Source of the DNA: the human T2T-CHM13v2.0 reference genome, Homo sapiens
Length of the DNA: 64,000 nucleotides
Strand: one strand, 5' to 3'
NCBI RefSeq assembly: GCF_009914755.1
Contig: NC_060938.1
A program made the position numbers and the translations under genes. This document shows, piece after piece, positions 1-13,300 of this stretch; the stretch's first letter is position 1; each line of letters starts with the position of its first letter. The notes beneath the pieces were generated by a model, which did not search any database, was not told the DNA's origin, and saw only the letters and a program-made list of their open reading frames with translations.

Positions 1-320
1 CTTCAAATCTATCCAAATGTCCACTTGCAGATTCAACAAAAAGTGTTTTTCAGAACTGCTCTATCAAAAGAAAGATCCACCTCTGTTAGCTGAGTTCACA
101 CATCACAAACAAGTTTATGAGAATGCTTCTGTCTAGTTTTTATTTGAAGATATTTCCTTTCTCACCATAGAGCTGAAAGCTGTCCTAATGTTCACTTCCA
201 GATACTACAGAAAGAGTGTTTCAAAACTGCTGTACGAAAGGGAATGTTCAACTCTGTGACTTGAATGCACACATCACAAAGAAGTTTCTGAGGATGCTGC
301 TGTCTACTTTTTATACGTAA

Positions 321-337
321 TCCCGTTTCCAACGAAA
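321..337 (-). promoter_or_regulatory. CENP-B box (representative, box 1 of 4 per HOR)
   Basis: TCCCGTTTCCAACGAAA is the reverse complement of TTTCGTTGGAAACGGGA, matching NTTCGNNNNANNCGGGN. Confidence 0.95.
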
Positions 338-491
338 TCCTCCAAGCTATCCAAATATCCACTTGCAGATTCCACAGAAAGGCTGTTTCAAAACTGCTCT
401 GTCAATAGAAAGGTTCAACTCTGTTAGCTGCGTGCATATATCCCAAAGAAGATTCTGAGATTGCTTCTGTCTAGTTTTTATGGGAAGATAT

Positions 492-508
492 TTCCCTTTT
501 CACCGTAG
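492..508 (+). promoter_or_regulatory. A-type monomer box, pJalpha-like (representative)
   Basis: TTCCCTTTTCACCGTAG lies 171 bp from the CENP-B box at 321, at the homologous position of the alternate monomer. It resembles the pJalpha motif TTCCTTTTYCACCRTAG. Confidence 0.65.
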
Positions 509-662
509 GTGTCAAGGCGCTCCAAATGTCCACTTCCAGATACTACAAAAAGAGTGTTTCCAACCTACTCTGTGAAAGGGAATATTCAACTCTGTGACTT
601 GAATGCACATATCACAAAGAAGTTTCTGAGAATGCTTCTGTCGAGATTTTATATGAAGATAT

Positions 663-679
663 TCCCGTTTCCAACGAAA
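663..679 (-). promoter_or_regulatory. CENP-B box (representative, box 2 of 4 per HOR)
   Basis: TCCCGTTTCCAACGAAA, 342 bp after the box at 321. Confidence 0.95.
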
Positions 680-1004
680 TCCTGAAATGTATCCAAATAT
701 CCCCTCGCAGATTCTACAAAAAGAGTGTTTCAAAACTGCTCTGTAAAAAGAAAGGTTCAACTCTGTTAGTTGAGTACACACATCACAAACAAGTTTCACA
801 CAATGCTTCTTTCTAGCTTGTAGGGGAAGATATTCCCTTTATCACCATGGGCCTCAAACCGTCTGAAACGTCCACTTCCATATACTACAAAAAGAGCATT
901 TCAAACCTGCTCTATGAAAGGCAATGTTCAACTCTGTGACTTGAATGCAGACATCACAGAGCAGTTTCTGAGAATGCTTCTGTCTAGATTTTATAGGAAG
1001 ATAT

Positions 1005-1021
1005 TCCCGTTTCCAACGAAA
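1005..1021 (-). promoter_or_regulatory. CENP-B box (representative, box 3 of 4 per HOR)
   Basis: TCCCGTTTCCAACGAAA, 342 bp after the box at 663. Confidence 0.95.
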
Positions 1022-1346
1022 TCTTCACAGCTATCCAAATATCCACTTGCAGATTCTACAAAAAGAGTGTATCAAAACTGCTCTGTCAAAAGGAAGGTTC
1101 TTCTCTGTTAGGTGAGTGCATACGTCATAAAGGAGTTTCTGAGAATGTTTCTGTCTAGTGGTTATGGGAAGATATTTGCTTTTTCCCCGTAGGCCTCAGG
1201 GCGCTCCAAATGTCCACTTGCACATGCTACAAAAAGAGTGCTTCAAAGCTGCTCTCTGAAAGGGAATGTTCAACTCTATGAGTTGAATGCAAACATCACA
1301 AAGACGTTTCTGAGAATGCTTCTGTCTAGATTTGATATGAAGATAT

Positions 1347-1363
1347 TCCCGTTTCCAACGAAA
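1347..1363 (-). promoter_or_regulatory. CENP-B box (representative, box 4 of 4 per HOR)
   Basis: TCCCGTTTCCAACGAAA, 342 bp after 1005. The next box is at 1685 (338 bp), completing the 1,364-bp unit. Confidence 0.95.
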
Positions 1364-4300
1364 TCTTCAAATCTATCCAAATGTCCACTTGCAGATTCAA
1401 CAAAAAGTGTTTTTCAGAACTGCTCTATCAAAAGAAAGATCCACCTCTGTTAGCTGAGTTCAGACATCACAAACAAGTTTATGAGAATGCTTCTGTCTAG
1501 TTTTTATTTGAAGATATTTCCTTTCTCACCATAGACCTGAAAGCTGTCCTAATGTTCACTTCCAGTTACTACAGAAAGAGTGTTTCAAAACTGCTGTACG
1601 AAAGGGAATGTTCAACTCTGTGACTTGAATGCACACATCACAAAGAAGTTTCTGAGGATGCTGCTGTCTACTTTTTATACTTAATCCCGTTTCCAACGAA
1701 ATCCTCCAAGCTATCCAAATATCCACTTGCAGATTCCACAGAAAGACTGTTTCAAAACTGCTCTGTCAATAGAAAGGTTCAACTCTGTTAGCTGCGTGCA
1801 TATATCCCAAAGAAGATTCTGAGATTGCTTCTGTCTAGTTTTTATGGGAAGATATTTCCCTTTTCACCGTAGGCGTCAAGGCGCTCCAAATGTCCACTTC
1901 CAGATACTACAAAAAGAGTGTTTCAAACCTACTCTGTGAAAGGGAATATTCAACTCTGTGACTTGAATGCACATATCACAAGGAAGTTTCTGAGAATGCT
2001 TCTGTCGAGATTTTATATGAAGATATTCTCGTTTACAACGAAATCCTGAAATCTATCCAAATATCCCCTCGCAGATTCTACAAAAAGAGTGTTTCAAAAC
2101 TGCTCTGTAAAAAGAAAGGTTCAACTCTGTTAGTTGAGTACACACATCACAAACAAGTTTCACAGAATGCTTCTTTCTAGCTTGTAGGGGAAGATATTCC
2201 CTTTATCACCATGGGCCTCCAACCGTCCGAAACATCCACTTCCATATACTACAAAAAGAGCGTTTCAAACCTGCTCTATGAAAGGCAATGTTCAACTCTG
2301 TGACTTGAATGCAGACATCACAGAGCAGTTTCTGAGAATGCTTCTGTCTAGATTTTATAGGAACATATTCCCGTTTCCAACGAAATCTTCACAGCTATCC
2401 AAATATCCACTTGCAGATTCTACAAAAAGAGTGTATCAAAACTGCTCTGTCAAAAGGAAGGTTCTTCTCTGTTAGGTGAGTGCATACGTCATAAAGGAGT
2501 TTCTGAGAATGTTTCTGTCTAGTGGTTATGGGAAGATATTTGCTTTTTCCCCGTAGGCCTCAGGGCGCTCCAAATGTCCACTTGCACATGCTACAAAAAG
2601 AGTGCTTCAAAGCTGCTCTCTGAAAGGGAATGTTCAACTCTATGAGTTGAATGCAAACATCACAAAGACGTTTCTGAGAATGCTTCTGTCTAGATTTGAT
2701 ATGAAGATATTCCCGTTTCCAACGAAATCTTCAAATCTATCCAAATGTCCACTTGCAGATTCAACAAAAAGTGTTTTTCAGAACTGCTCTATCAAAAGAA
2801 AGATCCACCTCTGTTAGCTGAGTTCACACATCACAAACAAGTTTATGAGAATGCTTCTGTCTAGTTTTTATTTGAAGATATTTCCTTTCTCACCATAGAC
2901 CTGAAAGCTGTCCTAATGTTCACTTCCAGTTACTACAGAAAGAGTGTTTCAAAACTGCTGTACGAAAGGGAATGTTCAACTCTGTGACTTGAATGCACAC
3001 ATCACAATGAAGTTTCTGAGGATGCTGCTGTCTACTTTTTATACTTAATCCCGTTTCCAACGAAATCCTTCAAGCTATCCAAATATCCACTTGCAGATTC
3101 CACAGAAAGACTGTTTCAAAACTGCTCTGTCAATAGAAAGGTTCAACTCTGTTAGCTGCGTGCATATATCCCAAAGAAGATTCTGAGATTGCTTCTGTCT
3201 AGTTTTTATGGGAAGATATTTCCCTTTTCACCGTAGGCGTCCAGGCGCTCCAAATGTCCACTTCCAGATACTACAAAAAGAGTGTTTCAAACCTACTCTG
3301 TGAAAGGGAATATTCAACTCTGTGACTTGAATGCACATATCACAAGGAAGTTTCTGAGAATGCTTCTGTCGAGATTTTATATGAAGATATTCCCGTTTCC
3401 AACGAAATGCTGAAATGTATCCAAATATCCCCTCGCAGATTCTACAAAAAGAGTGTTTCAAAACTGCTCTGTAAAAAGAAAGGTTCAACTCTGTTAGTTG
3501 AGTACACACATCACAAACTAGTTTCACAGAATGCTTCTTTCTAGCTTGTAGGGGAAGATATTCCCTTTATCACCATGGGCCTCAAACCGTCCGAAAAGTC
3601 CACTTCCATATACTACAAAAAGAGCGTTTCAAACCTGCTCTATGAAAGGCAATGTTCAACTCTGTGACTTGAATGCAGACATCACAGAGCAGTTTCTGAG
3701 AATGCTTCTGTCTAGATTTTATAGGAAGATATTCCCGTTTCCAACGAAATCTTCACAGCTATCCAAATATCCACTTGCAGATTCTACAAAAAGAGTGTAT
3801 CAAAACTGCTCTGTCAAAAGGAAGGTTCTTTTCTGTTAGGTGAGTGCATACGTCATAAAGGAGTTTCTGAGAATGTTTCTGTCTAGTGGTTATGGGAAGA
3901 TATTTGCTTTTTCACCATAGGCCTCAGAGCGCTCCAAATATCCACTTGCACATACTACAAAAAGAGTGCCTCAAAGCTGCTCTCTGTAACGGAATGTTCA
4001 ACTCTATGAGTTGAATGCAAACATCACAAAGACGTTTCTGAGAATGCTTCTGTCTAGATTTGATATGAAGATCTTCCCGTTTCCAACGAAATCTTCAAAT
4101 CTATCCAAATGTCCACTTGCAGATTCAACAGAAAGTGTTTTTCAGAACTGCTCTATCAAAAGAAAGATCCACCTCTGTTAGCTGAGTTCACACATCACAA
4201 ACAAGTTTATGAGAATGCTTCTGTCTAGTTTTTATTTGAAGATATTTCCTTTCTCACCATAGAGCTGAAAGCTGTCCTAATGTTCACTTCCAGATACTAC

Positions 4301-7300
4301 AGAAAGAGTGTTTCAAAACTGCTGTACGAAAGGGAATGTTCAACTCTGTGACTTGAATGCACACATCACAAAGAAGTTTCTGAGGATGCTGCTGTCTACT
4401 TTTTATACGTAATCCCGTTTCCAACGAAATCCTCCAAGCTATCCAAATATCCACTTGCAGATTCCACAGAAATACTGTTTCAAAACTGCTCTGTCAATAG
4501 AAAGGTTCAACTCTGTTAGCTGCGTGCATATATCCCAAAGAAGATTCTGAGATTGCTTCTGTCTAGTTTTTATGGGAAGATATTTCCCTTTTCACCGTAG
4601 GCGTCCAGGCGCTCCAAATGTCCACTTCCAGATACTACAAAAACAGTGTTTCAAACCTACTCTGTGAAAGGGAATATTCAACTCTGTGACTTGAATGCAC
4701 ATATCACAAGGAAGTTTCTGAGAATGCTTCTGTCGAGATTTTATATGAAGATATTCCCGTTTCCAACGAAATCCTGAAATCTATCCAAATATCCCCTCGC
4801 AGATTCTACAAAAAGAGTGTTTCAAAACTGCTCTGTAAAAAGGAAGGTTCAACTCTGTTAGTTGAGTACACACATCACAAACAAGTTTCACAGAATGCTT
4901 CTTTCTAGCTTGTAGGGGAAGATATTCCCTTTATCACCATGGGCCTCCAACCGTCCGATAAGTCCACTTCCATATACTACAAAAAGAGCGTTTCAAACCT
5001 GCTCTATGAAAGGCAATGTTCAACTCTGTGACTTGAATGCAGACATCACAGAGCAGTTTCTGAGAATGCTTCTGTCTAGATTTTATAGGAAGATATTCCC
5101 GTTTCCAACGAAATCTTCACAGCTATCCAAATATCCACTTGCAGATTCTACAAAAAGAGTGTACCAAAACTGCTCTGTCAAAAGGAAGGTTCTTCTCTGT
5201 TAGGTGAGTGCATACGTCATAAAGGAGTTTCTGAGAATGTTTCTGTCTAGTGGTTATGGGAAGATATTTGCTTTTTCACCGTAGGCCTCAGAGCGCTCCA
5301 AATATCCACTTGCACATACTACAAAAAGAGTGCTTCAAAGCTGGTCTCTGAAACGGAATGTTCAACTCTATGAGTTGAATGCAAACATCACAAAGACGTT
5401 TCTGAGAATGCTTCTGTCTAGATTTGATATGAAGATATTCCCGTTTCCAACGAAATCTTCAAATCTATCCAAATGTCCACTTGCAGATTCAACAAAAAGT
5501 GTTTTTCAGAACTGCTCTATCAAAAGAAAGATCCACCTCTGTTAGCTGAGTTCACACATCACAAACAAGTTTATGAGAATGCTTCTGTCTAGTTTTTATT
5601 TGAAGATATTTCCTTTCTCACCATAGACCTGAAAGCTGTCCTAATGTTCACTTCCAGTTACTACAGAAAGAGTGTTTCAAAACTGCTGTACGAAAGGGAA
5701 TGTTCAACTCTGTGACTTGAATGCACACATCACAAAGAAGTTTCTGAGGATGCTGCTGTCTACTTTTTATACTTAATCCCGTTTCCAACGAAATCCTCCA
5801 AGCTATCCAAATATCCACTTGCAGATTCCACAGAAAGACTGTTTCAAAACTACTCTGTCAATAGAAAGGTTCAACTCTGTTAGCTGCGTGCATATATCCC
5901 AAAGAAGATTCTGAGATTGCTTCTGTCTAGTTTTTATGGGAAGATATTTCCCTTTTCACCGTAGGCGTCAAGGCGCTCCAAATGTCCACTTCCAGATACT
6001 ACAAAAAGAGTGTTTCAAACCTACTCTGTGAAAGGGAATATTCAACTCTGTGACTTGAATGCACATATCACAAGGAAGTTTCTGAGAATGCTTCTGTCGA
6101 GATTTTATATGAAGATATTCCCGTTTCCAACGAAATCCTGAAATCTATCCAAATATCCCCTCGCAGATTCTACAAAAAGAGTGTTTCAAAACTGCTCTGT
6201 AAAAAGAAAGGTTCAACTCTGTTAGTTGAGTACACACATCACAAACAAGTTTCACAGAATGCTTCTTTCTAGCTTGTAGGGGAAGATATTCCCTTTATCA
6301 CCATGGGCCTCCAACCGTCCGATAAGTCCACTTCCATATACTACAAAAAGAGCGTTTCAAACCTGCTCTATGAAAGGCAATGTTCAACTCTGTGACTTGA
6401 ATGCAGACATCACAGAGCAGTTTCTGAGAATGCTTCTGTCTAGATTTTATAGGAAGATATTCCCGTTTCCAACGAAATCTTCACAGCTATCCAAATATCC
6501 ACTTGCAGATTCTACAAAAAGAGTGTATCAAAACTGCTCTGTCAAAAGGAAGGTTCTTTTCTGTTAGGTGAGTGCATACGTCATAAAGGAGTTTCTGAGA
6601 ATGTTTCTGTCTAGTGGTTATGGGAAGATATTTGCTTTTTCACCGTAGGCCTCAGAGCGCTCCAAATATCCACTTGCACATACTACAAAAAGAGTGCCTC
6701 AAAGCTGCTCTCTGAAACGGAATGTTCAACTCTATGAGTTGAATGCAAACATCGCAAAGACGTTTCTGAGAATGCTTCTGTCTAGATTTGATATGAAGAT
6801 ATTCCCGTTTCCAACGAAATCTTCAAATCTATCCAAATGTCCACTTGCAGATTCAACAAAAAGTGTTTTTCAGAACTGCTCTATCAAAAGAAAGATCCAC
6901 CTCTGTTAGCTGAGTTCACACATCACAAACAAGTTTATGAGAATGCTTCTGTCTAGTTTTTATTTGAAGATATTTCCTTTCTCACCATAGAGCTGAAAGC
7001 TGTCCTAATGTTCACTTCCAGATACTACAGAAAGAGTGTTTCAAAACTGCTGTACGAAAGGGAATGTTCAACTCTGTGACTTGAATGCACACATCACAAA
7101 GAAGTTTCTGAGGATGCTGCTGTCTACTTTTTATACGTAATCCCGTTTCCAACGAAATCCTCCAAGCTATCCAAATATCCACTTGCAGATTCCACAGAAA
7201 GACTGTTTCAAAATTGCTCTGTCAATAGAAAGGTTCAACTCTGTTAGCTGCGTGCATATATCCCAAAGAAGATTCTGAGATTGCTTCTGTCTAGTTTTTA

Positions 7301-10300
7301 TGGGAAGATATTTCCCTTTTCACCGTAGGTGTCAAGGCGCTCCAAATGTCCACTTCCAGATACTACAAAAAGAGTGTTTCAAACCTACTCTGTGAAAGGG
7401 AATATTCAACTCTGTGACTCGAATGCACATATCACAAAGAAGTTTCTGAGAATGCTTCTGTCGAGATTTTATATGAAGATATTCCCGTTTCCAACGAAAT
7501 GCTGAAATCTATCCAAATATCCCCTCGCAGATTCTACAAAAAGAGTGTTTCAAAACTGCTCTGTGAAAAGAAAGGTTCAACTCTGTTAGTTGAGTACACA
7601 CATCACAAACAAGTTTCACAGAATGCTTCTTTCTAGCTTGTAGGGGAAGATATTCCCTTTATCACCATGGGCCTCAAACCGTCCGAAAAGTCCACTTCCA
7701 TATACTACAAAAAGAGCGTTTCAAACCTGCTCTATGAAAGGCAATGTTCAACTCTGTGACTTGAATGCAGACATCACAGAGCAGTTTCTGAGAATGCTTC
7801 TGTCTAGATTTTATAGGAAGATATTCCCGTTTCCAACGAAATCTTCACAGCTATCCAAATATCCACTTGCAGATTCTACAAAAAGAGTGTATCAAAACTG
7901 CTCTGTCAAAAGGAAGGTTCTTTTCTGTTAGGTGAGTGCATACGTCATAAAGGAGTTTCTGAGAATGTTTCTGTCTAGTGGTTATGGGAAGATATTTGCT
8001 TTTTCCCCGTAGGCCTCAGAGCGCTCCAAATATCCACTTGCACATACTACAAAAAGAGTGCCTCAAAGCTGCTCTCTGAAACGGAATGTGCAACTCTATG
8101 AGTTGAATGCAAACATCGCAAAGACGTTTCTGAGAATGCTTCTGTCTAGATTTGATATGAAGATATTCCCGTTTCCAACGAAATCTTCAAATCTATCCAA
8201 ATGTCCACTTGCAGATTCAACAAAAAGTGTTTTTCAGAACTGCTCTATCAAAAGAAAGATCCACCTCTGTTAGCTGAGTTCACACATCACAAACAAGTTT
8301 ATGAGAATGCTTCTGTCTAGTTTTTATTTGAAGATATTTCCTTTCTCACCATAGAGCTGAAAGCTGTCCTAATGTTCACTTCCAGATACTACAGAAAGAG
8401 TGTTTCAAAACTGCTGTACGAAAGGGAATGTTCAACTCTGTGACTTGAATGCACACATCACAAAGAAGTTTCTGAGGATGCTGCTGTCTACTTTTTATAC
8501 GTAATCCCGTTTCCAACGAAATCCTCCAAGCTATCCAAATATCCACTTGCAGATTCCACAGAAAGACTGTTTCAAAACTGCTCTGTCAATAGAAAGGTTC
8601 AACTCTGTTAGCTGCGTGCATATATCCCAAAGAAGATTCTGAGATTGCTTCTGTCTAGTTTTTATGGGAAGATATTTCCCTTTTCACCGTAGGCGTCCAG
8701 GCGCTCCAAATGTCCACTTCCAGATACTACAAAAAGAGTGTTTCAAACCTACTCTGTGAAAGGGAATATTCAACTCTGTGACTTGAATGCACATAACACA
8801 AGGAAGTTTCTGAGAATGCTTCTGTCGAGATTTTATATGAAGATATTCCCGTTTCCAACGAAATGCTGAAATGTATCCAAATAACCCCTCGCAGATTCTA
8901 CAAAAAGAGTGTTTCAAAACTGCTCTGTAAAAAGAAAGGTTCAACTCTGTTAGTTGAGTACACACATCACAAACTAGTTTCACAGAATGCTTCTTTCTAG
9001 CTTGTAGGGGAAGATATTCCCTTTATCACCATGGGCCTCAAACCGTCCGAAAAGTCCACTTCCATATACTACAAAAAGAGCGTTTCAAACCTGCTCTATG
9101 AAAGGCAATGTTCAACTCTGTGACTTGAATGCAGACATCACAGAGCAGTTTCTGAGAATGCTTCTGTCTAGATTTTATAGGAAGATATTCCCGTTTCCAA
9201 CGAAATCTTCACAGCTATCCAAATATCCACTTGCAGATTCTACAAAAAGAGTGTATCAAAACTGCTCTGTCAAAAGGAAGGTTCTTTTCTGTTAGGTGAG
9301 TGCATACGTCATAAAGGAGTTTCTGAGAATGTTTCTGTCTAGTGGTTATGGGAAGATATTTGCTTTTTCACCGTAGGCCTCAGAGCGCTCCAAATATCCA
9401 CTTGCACATACTACAAAAAGAGTGCCTCAAAGCTGCTCTCTGAAACGGAATGTTCAACTCTATGAGTTGAATGCAAACATCACAAAGACGTTTCTGAGAA
9501 TGCTTCTGTCTAGATTTGATATGAAGATATTCCCGTTTCCAACGAAATCTTCAAATCTATCCTAATGTCCACTTGCAGATTCAACAAAAAGTGTTTTTCA
9601 GAACTGCTCTATCAAAAGAAAGATCCACCTCTGTTAGCTGAGTTCAGACATCACAAACAAGTTTATGAGAATGCTTCTGTCTAGTTTTTATTTGAAGATA
9701 TTTCCTTTCTCACCATAGACCTGAAAGCTGTCCTAATGTTCACTTCCAGTTACTACAGAAAGAGTGTTTCAAAACTGCTGTACGAAAGGGAATGTTCAAC
9801 TCTGTGACTTGAATGCACACATCACAAAGAAGTTTCTGAGGATGCTGCTGTCTACTTTTTATACTTAATCCCGTTTCCAACGAAATCCTCCAAGCTATCC
9901 AAATATCCACTTGCAGATTCCACAGAAAGACTGTTTCAAAACTGCTCTGTCAATAGAAAGGTTCAACTCTGTTAGCTGCGTGCATATATCCCAAAGAAGA
10001 TTCTGAGATTGCTTCTGTCTAGTTTTTATGGGAAGATATTTCCCTTTTCACCGTAGGCGTCAAGGCGCTCCAAATGTCCACTTCCAGATACTACAAAAAG
10101 AGTGTTTCAAACCTACTCTGTGAAAGGGAATATTCAACTCTGTGACTTGAATGCACATATCACAAGGAAGTTTCTGAGAATGCTTCTGTCGAGATTTTAT
10201 ATGAAGATATTCCCGTTTCCAACGAAATCCTGAAATCTATCCAAATATCCCCTCGCAGATTCTACAAAAAGAGTGTTTCAAAACTGCTCTGTAAAAAGAA

Positions 10301-13300
10301 AGGTTCAACTCTGTTAGTTGAGTACACACATCACCAACAAGTTTCACAGAATGCTTCTTTCTAGCTTGTAGGGGAAGATATTCCCTTTATCACCATGGGC
10401 CTCAAACCGTCCGATAAGTCCACTTCCATATACTACAAAAAGAGCGTTTCAAACCTGCTCTATGAAAGGCAATGTTCAACTCTGTGACTTGAATGCAGAC
10501 ATCACAGAGCAGTTTCTGAGAATGCTTCTGTCTAGATTTTATAGGAAGATATTCCCGTTTCCAACGAAATCTTCACAGCTATCCAAATATCCACTTGCAG
10601 ATTCTACAAAAAGAGTGTATCAAAACTGCTCTGTCAAAAGGAAGGTTCTTCTCTGTTAGGTGAGTGCATACGTCATAAAGGAGTTTCTGAGAATGTTTCT
10701 GTCTAGTGGTTATGGGAAGATATTTGCTTTTTCACCGTAGGCCTCAGAGCGCTCCAAATATCCACTTGCACATGCTACAAAAAGAGTGCTTCAAAGCTGG
10801 TCTCTGAAACGGAATGTTCAACTCTATGAGTTGAATGCAAACATCACAAAGACGTTTCTGAGAATGCTTCTGTCTAGATTTGATATGAAGATATTCCCGT
10901 TTCCAACGAAATCTTCAAATCTATCCAAATGTCCACTTGCAGATTCAACAAAAAGTGTTTTTCAGAACTGCTCTATCAAAAGAAAGATCCACCTCTGTTA
11001 GCTGAGTTCACACATCACAAACAAGTTTATGAGAATGCTTCTGTCTAGTTTTTATTTGAAGATATTTCCTTTCTCACCATAGAGCTGAAAGCTGTCCTAA
11101 TGTTCACTTCCAGATACTACAGAAAGAGTGTTTCAAAACTGCTGTACGAAAGGGAATGTTCAACTCTGTGACTTGAATGCACACATCACAAAGAAGTTTC
11201 TGAGGATGCTGCTGTCTACTTTTTATACGTAATCCCGTTTCCAACGAAATCCTCCAAGCTATCCAAATATCCACTTGCAGATTCCACAGAAAGGCTGTTT
11301 CAAAACTGCTCTGTCAATAGAAAGGTTCAACTCTGTTAGCTGCGTGCATATATCCCAAAGAAGATTCTGAGATTGCTTCTGTCTAGTTTTTATGGGAAGA
11401 TATTTCCCTTTTCACCGTAGGTGTCAAGGCGCTCCAAATGTCCACTTCCAGATACTACAAAAAGAGTGTTTCCAACCTACTCTGTGAAAGGGAATATTCA
11501 ACTCTGTGACTTGAATGCACATATCACAAAGAAGTTTCTGAGAATGCTTCTGTCGAGATTTTATATGAAGATATTCCCGTTTCCAACGAAATCCTGAAAT
11601 GTATCCAAATATCCCCTCGCAGTTTCTACAAAAAGAGTGTTTCAAAACTGCTCTGTAAAAAGAAAGGTTCAACTCTGTTAGTTGAGTACACACATCACAA
11701 ACAAGTTTCACACAATGCTTCTTTCTAGCTTGTAGGGGAAGATATTCCCTTTATCACCATGGGCCTCAAACCGTCTGAAACGTCCACTTCCATATACTAC
11801 AAAAAGAGCATTTCAAACCTGCTCTATGAAAGGCAATGTTCAACTCTGTGACTTGAATGCAGACATCACAGAGCAGTTTCTGAGAATGCTTCTGTCTAGA
11901 TTTTATAGGAAGATATTCCCGTTTCCAACGAAATCTTCACAGCTATCCAAATATCCACTTGCAGATTCTACAAAAAGAGTGTATCAAAACTGCTCTGTCA
12001 AAAGGAAGGTTCTTCTCTGTTAGGTGAGTGCATACGTCATAAAGGAGTTTCTGAGAATGTTTCTGTCTAGTGGTTATGGGAAGATATTTGCTTTTTCCCC
12101 GTAGGCCTCAGGGCGCTCCAAATGTCCGCTTGCACATGCTACAAAAAGAGTGCTTCAAAGCTGCTCTCTGAAAGGGAATGTTCAACTCTATGAGTTGAAT
12201 GCAAACATCACAAAGACGTTTCTGAGAATGCTTCTGTCTAGATTTGATATGAAGATATTCCCGTTTCCAACGAAATCTTCAAATCTATCCAAATGTCCAC
12301 TTGCAGATTCAACAAAAAGTGTTTTTCAGAACTGCTCTATCAAAAGAAAGATCCACCTCTGTTAGCTGAGTTCAGACATCACAAACAAGTTTATGAGAAT
12401 GCTTCTGTCTAGTTTTTATTTGAAGATATTTCCTTTCTCACCATAGACCTGAAAGCTGTCCTAATGTTCACTTCCAGTTACTACAGAAAGAGTGTTTCAA
12501 AACTGCTGTACGAAAGGGAATGTTCAACTCTGTGACTTGAATGCACACATCACAAAGAAGTTTCTGAGGATGCTGCTGTCTACTTTTTATACTTAATCCC
12601 GTTTCCAACGAAATCCTCCAAGCTATCCAAATATCCACTTGCAGATTCCACAGAAAGACTGTTTCAAAACTGCTCTGTCAATAGAAAGGTTCAACTCTGT
12701 TAGCTGCGTGCATATATCCCAAAGAAGATTCTGAGATTGCTTCTGTCTAGTTTTTATGGGAAGATATTTCCCTTTTCACCGTAGGCGTCAAGGCGCTCCA
12801 AATGTCCACTTCCAGATACTACAAAAAGAGTGTTTCAAACCTACTCTGTGAAAGGGAATATTCAACTCTGTGACTTGAATGCACATATCACAAGGAAGTT
12901 TCTGAGAATGCTTCTGTCGAGATTTTATATGAAGATATTCTCGTTTACAACGAAATCCTGAAATCTATCCAAATATCCCCTCGCAGATTCTACAAAAAGA
13001 GTGTTTCAAAACTGCTCTGTAAAAAGAAAGGTTCAACTCTGTTAGTTGAGTACACACATCACAAACAAGTTTCACAGAATGCTTCTTTCTAGCTTGTAGG
13101 GGAAGATATTCCCTTTATCACCATGGGCCTCCAACCGTCCGAAACATCCACTTCCATATACTACAAAAAGAGCGTTTCAAACCTGCTCTATGAAAGGCAA
13201 TGTTCAACTCTGTGACTTGAATGCAGACATCACAGAGCAGTTTCTGAGAATGCTTCTGTCTAGATTTTATAGGAAGATATTCCCGTTTCCAACGAAATCT

